NCBI RefSeq assembly: GCF_009914755.1
Contig: NC_060947.1
Source: the human T2T-CHM13v2.0 reference genome, Homo sapiens
DNA length: 64,000 nucleotides
Reading direction: 5' to 3' (one strand)
The position numbers and the translations under genes were made by a program. Of the stretch, positions 54,461-64,000 are shown in pieces (positions within the stretch are counted from its first letter, which is position 1; every line of letters begins with the position of its first letter). Under the pieces are notes generated by a model. The model was not told the DNA's origin. It saw nothing but the letters and a program-made list of their open reading frames with translations, and ran no database searches.

Positions 54461-57400
54461 CTTCTGTGATGATACTCTTCATATAAATAAAATAAATAAG
54501 TTTTGACACTTCTTACTTTATGACACAGGAAGCAATTTGCAGTTTTTTGAGAAAAAAATACTTAACATGGCTTTGAAAACCCAATAACTCTGGTTACGGA
54601 GGGACTAATAATTTTACATATACAATGTGAGCAAATACATGTAGCTGTAAAAAGAATACACATTTGTATGTCAGGCATATTCTAAAAATGCATAAATGTG
54701 AATGTAATTTATCTTTTAAAAGTGTACAATACCATGAGGTATTTTTGTAATTTCACCACTTTGCTGTTTGTAAAAGCCACAGGTACAATCATTGTAACCT
54801 ATCAAAATTTTGAAGGTATTCAAGACAACATTTTTTTCATCCTTTAAATTTTGATGTTAATCTTAGAGACCACTTAAGTATGAAAATCAGAACATGACTT
54901 ATAATTCGTGATTTACATGATTATCACAATTGCTTACATCTTTAAAAATATTTGAAAATATTTAGTAGTAAGAAAACAGATGAAACAAATCAATATAGAG
55001 TCTCACTGGAGTGCAAAAGCACATAAAAATGAGTTAAATGTGACCACTGAAAATTTTCCAGTGTGATTCCAATGCACTTCTAGACCTTTGCATGCAGATT
55101 ACATTTATTTTCACATTTATTGTGATAAAATGCCTAACTCTAATAAAAAATAAAGAACATTTTTATGAGAAAACTATTTCCTAACTTTGAAAAAAGAAGA
55201 CAACTATGAATATGTTGCTCGCTGGAATTAATCAGTGCCTTTCTCCTATGTGATGAGTGGATCTTCATAAAGGCAACAGAACTGGATGTGACCAAAATAT
55301 CCATTTGGGTTCATCTAAGAGTCACCATTTTATGTGGTAGCTTCATAAGTTGTTTTACATGTAGTTTTACAAGTCATCTTTATAAAACCAGAAATGTTAG
55401 CTCTCATGGATACTCTAGTGATGCATGATTCTGTTGCAGGTGGGTAGACCTAACTAATGCACTATGTTAGGTGTAAAAGCATGCATGCTTAACTCATTCG
55501 ATGAAGCTTTTGCTGGTTCTTATCCCTTTTTTGCTTGCCTACTTTATTCCCTCAGCTTAAAGGCTGTGTCTATATGAGCAAAACCAATTCAAATGGGATT
55601 CAGTGTTTGTCCAACCAATTCATCACAGCAAAATTCACTAAGAAGTGCCCCACTAGTTGTGGGCCTGGTATTTGAGGTTACCATCATATACCAGCTCCAT
55701 GGTAGAGATGAATAGCCTGAAGCATTTGATCCCTTCTGAATCAGTGACATGCAAATATAGACATAGTCTTTAAGGAACATTGAACTTGATTGTGCCCTGC
55801 TTTGAGTGGGTTTAAGGTCAGCTTTGGAACTGGAGAGGGTAATCCGAATACACCACTAGTGAGTTTTATCTTTATTATCTTTTAACCTGCACCTCTGATT
55901 TATTGCTCTTTGTTTAATTTATATGATACCTTTAGTTCATAGTAGCAACATCTTTCTTAACTCTGAGAGAAATACAAGCTTTTGAACTGTCCTAAAATTA
56001 TTTCATTTCCATGTAACAAGTAGTGATATTTTATTCGTGGGCAATTAGGAGATATAAGCAAAAGGTAGATCCACTCTTCGTTTCCAAATTCTTTTATGAA
56101 GTCTACCAAGAATGGATTTTGCATATTTACTTGCACTTAGGAAAGGACACATTTAATACTTGTTTTCATTGTGCATACTTTTAATAAGTTCTACAAGTTT
56201 TTACTTGCTAAATATGAGATAGTTAGATTCATCTTAAAAGGAATGAGATGTAATTTATTTTAAAGCAAAGAAATTGGTTTGTATTTTTTTCCAAATTAAA
56301 AATGACACTGTCTAGTATTTGTCTTTAACATTGTCTATATATGGTAAAATATGGTAGGTTAATAATTCTTTATTGGATGTCTGTCTTTTATATTACATTA
56401 AATAAGGTTCCACATAAATGTGATAAAAATGGAAAAATACACATTATCGCTTCTCTTTGCACGACATTTAAGCACTGTAAATGATAAAGCCCCTATCATC
56501 TCCTTATGAAAAACTATAGTTAATGTCTTATGTTAATATGACAGTAGAATCACAATTTAATCAAAAAAATTTAGCAATAATGTTTTATTCTTTTAGCCAG
56601 GAAAATAGGTGCCTACAAATATTATCAGAACTAATCTTAAATAGAGTTTACCAAATCAGTCAGGTCAAATAATTATCTAAAAATCCCAATCATTTTGCCT
56701 ATTATTTGTAAAATAATAAAAAGTAATAAAAACATTACTTTTGAATGTATCTGTGAAACTCAGAAAATGTATAATGTTGGAAAACATGAAATGCAAGCTT
56801 AGCCATTATTTTTCTATTCTTCCTAATAATTTTGATTTTGTAAGTTATAGTTCTTTTTTGTGACATTTTGATACTGTTTTAATCTTTTCCATCTCCCTTG
56901 AAACCTGTTTTTTAACTTGGAAGATCATTTCCTATCATTGTTTGTGAGAGTCAGTTCATGTATACCAATGCAATACCATTTCCAAAATTCATCTCCATCA
57001 CAGGAAATAATTCCAGCATCAGTAAAGTTCTTTCTCTTCCTGTTGTTCAATAGCTCTCCTAGATAGAAATCTATCATTCACCTAGTACTCTCCCTTTGAG
57101 ATTCAGTTGATTCCACTGTGACATCTTAAGAATTTAAAAGGCACTTGGAAAAACATTACATGGCCACTCCTGGAAGCAAAAAAGTAATATCCAGTTTTAT
57201 GGTAATTTCCACATGGGTTTTAGTGCAGACAAACTGCACATGTACCAGAAATCTTATATATATAAGATTTTATATATATTTACTATATATAGTATATATA
57301 CATAATGTATCCTATATAATGTATTACATGTAATACATTATATGTATATAATACATCTCTTCAGCTTGGTTATTTCATGTCTTTTATGCTTTGAATGTTG

Positions 57401-60400
57401 TTTGACAGAGACGATAATATGCATAGACCAAGTTTCCATAAAAGGATATCTGTATCTTTATATTTTCGGAGTCTACCATAGCAACTCCTACAGAATGTTT
57501 TCTGGTGATCACGCAATGTGTATATACTACTCCAATGGTTATGTCCACTATCTCTAGAGATGAAGGATTTGGTGGAGCACTTGTGCTAATGTCATTCCAT
57601 CCAAATTCCTATAACTCAGTTGAGGGCCTGCAAGATAGCACATCAACCATCTTATCAACCAATCCCTGTTTCACATAAAATAAACATACCGAGTGTCATT
57701 AAGTGCACCTTCAGATCAATGATATTTTTGCAAATGACATTCAAGTGCCATTTGCATAGTGCATTTTTGCTGATAAAAGCAAATTAAATTAGCACAACTA
57801 CAAGTGTGCTGATAAAAACTAAAACTGAACAGCAGTACCATTAGCTAACAAAGTAATATTTCTTTTTACTGCATTCTGCCATTTAGTTATTATCCTATTG
57901 GAAATCTAATTATAATCCTTTTACTCCCCAGTCAAACTTCACAGTTTTTGCAAGCTTAGCACTGACAAGTGATTTCATTACATTTGATTGCCTGCGCCCA
58001 GATTGACTTAACTTCACTTGGAGACCTAAAAACCCTCTCAGTTTCTCAGATTCCCTGTTTGCACATTACTGCAACAGCTCCTTTAATTAATTAGCATGAA
58101 CAGCAGTAACATGAACTGCTGAACAGAAAATAACATCATTTTATGATCTCAGGGAGACTTCTCCTTTTGCATGTTTATACCTTAGTTAACTTGTGTATGG
58201 CTATATTTCATTGTTAGTGGCTAGTGGTATAGTAGACAGTGCATGTTTCCTAAATTTAAAAAAAATGAAGTTAACATCTTAATAACAATAGGTAAAACAA
58301 AAACAGAATATGAAGCTCCTACATTTTAGAAAATAGACAACTGCCATCATGAACTGACTTTATAGTAATAAAATAAAATACTAAAGTTCAGGGGAGATAA
58401 CGTCATAAAGTACAAGGGCACAGTGACATACTGCCCCTGTATCTGCCACTGCATTTGTTTGGGGAAAAAAAATAAACCACAAAATGAGTAACTGTGTTTT
58501 GCCCATGGAATGTCAATTTCTGTGAATAATTTTTACATTTTATTTTATGTATACATGTTTGACAAAGACACAAGATGATTTAGCACTGGAATATATTTTC
58601 CTCTGATATTTTTTCCATAAATGTGGTGGCATCCTAAATAATTTTTTATTCCTTTTGCTACTGACACACTAGAAGTAGATATTAAGTCAAATCTACATGT
58701 GAAAGGAAACCAAAATTTGATGTAAAAGTAAACCTACTAGACCTTTTTTTTTTCCTGAACCATTTTTGCTCAGAAAAAAGGGATCTTATTAAGAGTACAG
58801 ACTGGCCATTCAAAGATATAAAAGTCATGATCTCATCTATGCAGTAACTGATGAAGCTGCCACTGAAGAATTAAAAACAAAAAAAGTGTCATTTGACTGC
58901 AAAAGCAGCAAATATCATTTTAACATCTATTATAATATATTAAAATTTACAATTTAGGGCATAAGTTAATATGCATACCTTATGGCGTAGAACATTTAAT
59001 ATATATTCATAATATAAAATATATGTGAATATGTCTATTTTTATCAATTCTCTCAAAATCAATTTGAACAGTGTCTATCCTTCCTTGACCCCTTAGACCT
59101 CCTTATTATCTTTTCTCTTTGGCACTTGCTTACTAACCTAAAACAACATTCCTCCCAAGAAGTTAAGATGCCATGCCAATATTTCCTAAAAACAACTACC
59201 CTTGGAATAGGATTATCATTGTAGAATTTGGAAGAATAGTAAGAAAAAGTGATAGTAAGAGTGTGAAAGGGAGCCAGAAAAAATAAATCGCATATGATTT
59301 ATTGCCATGTATGTGATATGACAAGAGAAACTAAAAGGAGAACAGATGGAATTTTATTATAGACTTTTCTAATTTCCTCCACCACAGTGTGCTCTCCATC
59401 TTTCTCTATCTCTAGGGGTTCCACTGACTGCTTCCTACCCTAAACTCACCAACCATTAATTATTAATTTCCCTCCCATTGATGCCCGGTACTGTGTTGGA
59501 AGATATACACAGGTACTCTGATGTTCCCATTGTAAAGTGAAAATATTTTCTTATAAATTGGAGGTATATAGCAAGTCAGAGACCAGAGGAATTGTGGGAA
59601 GTAGGTCTTAAAAATTTTCTTTTAAATGCTTCCTTGAAGAGTAGGATCCTTTTATTTCCTAGAGAAACTTTATTGCAATGACAATGATACAATGGGAAAA
59701 GACTCTAGCACACAACCCACAGAGAAGATCCCAGCATCTTTTTCTAAAGCAGCAAAAATTTTTTCTGTACAGTTTATTAAATGGCCTGTGTCTTTTTATT
59801 TTCTTTCTCAGAAAGTATTTTCTCCTTTCTTCATCCTCCACAGGATTTTTATCCTGACTGGTGGTACCTCTCTGCTGTGAAATATCTGTCAGACCATAGT
59901 ACACATTATACTTCTAATTTTTTCTTAGGAGGATGGGAAGAGCTCACATTAATTACTTAATCGTTCAGGGCCTGGTTGTCAAGGATTCGCTTGCACCACA
60001 CACATGCATTGTTAACAAAAATATTTTCAGTGACCACAAGACTGTCATGGTAATTATGATGGTAACATACAATCTCATATACAGATCAAAGACGTGCAGT
60101 TCTAGCTACATGTTAATTATATAACAGATCAAATTGCAGTGATAGCAAATAGTGAGACTTGCCAGCCATGATAAGTTGTTCTGCTAGTCAGCATGTTGAG
60201 TCTACAGGAGTAATTCACTAATTAACAGGTGTTTTTTACTATAATCTAGGAAGGGCTGTTTAACTTAACTCTGATAACTGCTTGACCAGTTACTTTATGC
60301 CCCATCCTGTTTATATATACAATACAATTTTTTAAGCTTGGGATTCACCATATGCCAACCCCAACCTAGGTATACCTGAAGGACATGCAAAAGGAAAAAC

Positions 60401-61199
60401 ATTTTCCTGATTAAAAGACTAAGTCAAGTTTTACTTTTTTACTTCCACATTTGTGTTTTAATAAATAAAACAAACAGCATTTTCATAGAAGACTGTAATC
60501 ATATGCCATCATTTTCATAGTACCTTAAAAATTAAAATTATGGTATTGCTACCACACGAATCTGTGGAGGTTCTGTTCCAAGATACTCATCATTCTGAGA
60601 ATGAGGAATTCATAACCTAAAATTGGAATAGTGAAAAAAGAAAGGCAGGACCTATTATATGTATAGCATGGTGTACTTTGTGTTATCCTTTAAATAATAT
60701 CCTCTAGGAGGATTATTTCTGGGAGGTAGTTTGGAAAGATGTGATTAACTTCTGTTTTGTAAGTATGAAAATAACCTAAGTTAATTTGCTTGCCATTGAC
60801 AGTGGGAACTAAAACACAGGAATCTTAACTCTCACTCATTTATCTCACTGTGCATCACTATCAATCCATTCTTGTAAAAATCTCACATAGTTAGCTAGTT
60901 AGGATATGTAACAAGACTATAGTATTTTCCCATGCAAAACAGTGCATTGGGGTTCAGGGAAAGGGCAGAGGCTTCTTTACATCATAGTTAATTAAACGAA
61001 ATAGTCTAAAACCGGGTGTAATTTAATAATCACCTCTGTTTTTAAAAGTTTATAAAGATTGGGGTAATATTTATAAAATTTAGACAAATACCACACAACT
61101 CCCTTTTCTATTTAAAACTGTGTGGAGTAGCTGAAATAGTAACAGAAATAAACTTTTTTATTCTTACTAAACTCACTTCACTCTGTCTGTCAGAACTAG

Positions 61200-61521
<322 letters not shown>

Positions 61522-61900
61522 TAATTTTAGACTGGGATTCCTTATGCAGCATTAGCATAAAGTTTTATTTATTTGTTCTAGGGAACTTATTTTTCATTTA
61601 TAATAGACATGTAACATTACCTTTTGGAAATTAAAATGAATTTAAAGAAAAACATTCTTTTGGATTTTATACACAACTCCTTTAAGGCCCCTAACCTCTT
61701 GACCCTTTCAAGTTTACATTTTACTTTTTTAATATTTGAAAATTAACATTGGTAATGATCCACATACTTCAGCTGGAATCTACTTTTTGTCAGTAATGCA
61801 AATGATTTTTGGAGCAACATTTCCACCAATTACTTTATTAGCTTTGAAGAAAGCATCATTATTTTACAAACATTTCTTTCTTATCTTCCTGTTCTTTCAC

Positions 61901-62969
61901 TATCAGGGGAACCCGCCCCCAATATTTCAACATAGGTTCTTTCTATTTTCCATAAGTGTCGGCTGGCTGAGAAATAAAGAGAAAGAGTACAAAGAGAGTA
62001 ATTTTACAGCTGGGCCACCGGGGGTGACATCACATATTGGTAGGACCGTGATGCCTACCTGAGCCTTAAAGCCAGCAAGTTTTATTAAGGATTTCAAAAG
62101 GGGAGGGGGTGCAAGAACAGGGAGTAGGTCACAAGATCACATGCTTCAAAGGGCAAAAAGGAGAACAAAGATCACATGCTTCTGAGGAAACAGGACAAGG
62201 GCAAAATCAGAAACTCCTGATAAGGGCCCAACAAACATCACAAGGCAAAGGGCAAAAGCAGAATTACTGATAAGCGTATATGTTCAGCAGTACACATATT
62301 GTCTTGATAAACATCTTAAACAACAGAAAACAGAGTTTGAGAGCAGAGAACCAGTCTGACCTCAAATTTACCAGGGCAGGGTTTTTCCCCACCCTAGTAA
62401 GCCTGAGGGTACTACAGGAGACCAGGGTGTATTTGAGTCCTTATCTCAACCGCATAAGACGGACACTCCCAGAACAGCCGTTTATAGACCTCCCCCCAGG
62501 AATGCATTCTTCTCCAGGGTATTCATTATTAATATTCCTTGCTAGCAAAAGAATTTAGCGATATCTTCCCTACTTCCACATCCGTTTACAGGCTCTCTGC
62601 AAGAAGAAAAATATGGCTCTATTTTGCCCAACCCCACAGGTAGTCAGACCTTATGGTTGTCTTCCCTTGTTCCCTGAAAATCGCTGTTATTCTGTTCTTT
62701 TTCAAGGTGCACTGATTTAATATTGTTTAGACACACATGTTTTACAATCAATTTGTACAGTTAACACAATTATCACAGTGGTCCTGAGGTGATGTACATC
62801 CTCAGCTTATGAAGATAACAGGATTAAGAGATTAAAGTAAGACAGGGGTAAGAAATTATGAAAGTATCATTTGGGAACTGATAAATGTCCATGAAATCTT
62901 CACAATTTATGTTCCTCTGCCACGGCTCCAGCCAGTCCCTCCATTCAGGATCCCTGACTTCCTGCAACA
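61901..62969 (-). mobile_element. MER11 (HERV-K11/HML-8) solo LTR
   Basis: Ends with cctctgccacggctccagccagtccctccattcaggatccctgacttcctgcaaca, 1069 bp, perfect 6-bp TSD TTTCAC (61895-61900, 62970-62975). Confidence 0.93.
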
Positions 62970-63412
62970 TTTCACAAATGTCTAAGTGCTCTTGTTTTCA
63001 TTAAAATAATAAAAATGAATAAATGCAATGTTGATCTCAGCATCTGTGAGCAACCATTTAATAATGAGTGAGGAAAAACTCTCAATAGAGAGAACTAATA
63101 AACCCTCAAATCTTACTATTTCCTGGTAACTGCATTTCAACCTTCTATGGGAAATGTTGGATGTCATCATTTTTAACATTGTACAAGTTAATATTTGTTT
63201 ATCCATTACTTTCATTTTTCACTTTCCTCTATATTTTGATTTGTTTAAAATCGAGTATTATAGTGTTCTTCTATCAGTTTAGCAGACAAAAGTAGTAGTT
63301 AAAAGTTATTTAAAAATAGAACTTAACTATACTTTAAAATGTTACCTAAAATATTTCCAATCTGCATCCTGTACAAAACTCAAATCAATTAGACTTTTAA
63401 GAAACATTTTGT

Positions 63413-63777
<365 letters not shown>

Positions 63778-64000
63778 TTATTTAGAGATTTAGAGAAATG
63801 GCATAGAAACATAATTCACACTTTTCACTGTAGCATTATCCACAACAAGAAAATAATGAAAGAGGATGGCATTCCATATATGCCATATGTACATGTGGAG
63901 TGGCTGCTGACATAGTGTTCCATACGTGTTAGTTTTTATTTATTCTTCTCTCCCTTTCTCTCTCTTCTCAGATGAAAAATAGAATTTCAGTACTTCTAAA

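Noticed and set aside
57255-57355. AT-rich quasi-palindromic stretch
   Set aside because: Decayed (TA)n low-complexity sequence.

Overview
This is human or great-ape-like genomic DNA, AT-rich and dense in Alu, L1 and LTR elements. It lies inside the DACH2 (dachshund family transcription factor 2) gene on the + strand. Four coding exons (51136-51284, 51410-51557, 52968-53114, 54314-54379) splice in frame through GT-AG sites and encode the C-terminal DD2/Dachbox-C coiled-coil region. The first ~51 kb are one large intron holding an antisense processed COPS8 pseudogene and many transposable elements: L1, L2, MIR, Alu/FLAM/FAM, ERV-L gag, THE1, a full MST element, LTR12, MER50-like and DNA transposons. 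A MER11 LTR and two Alus lie after the last exon seen. Almost all ORF-track entries are repeat-derived or spurious. I see no evidence of a new multi-gene system. The most unusual structure is a perfect 52-bp inverted copy plus a fold-back inserted into an old L1, resembling a templated DNA-repair scar. Other points of interest are possible alternative DACH2 3' ends, twin-primed L1s and an orphan L1 5' end. Repeat subfamily names come from recalled consensus sequences and need RepeatMasker/Dfam confirmation.
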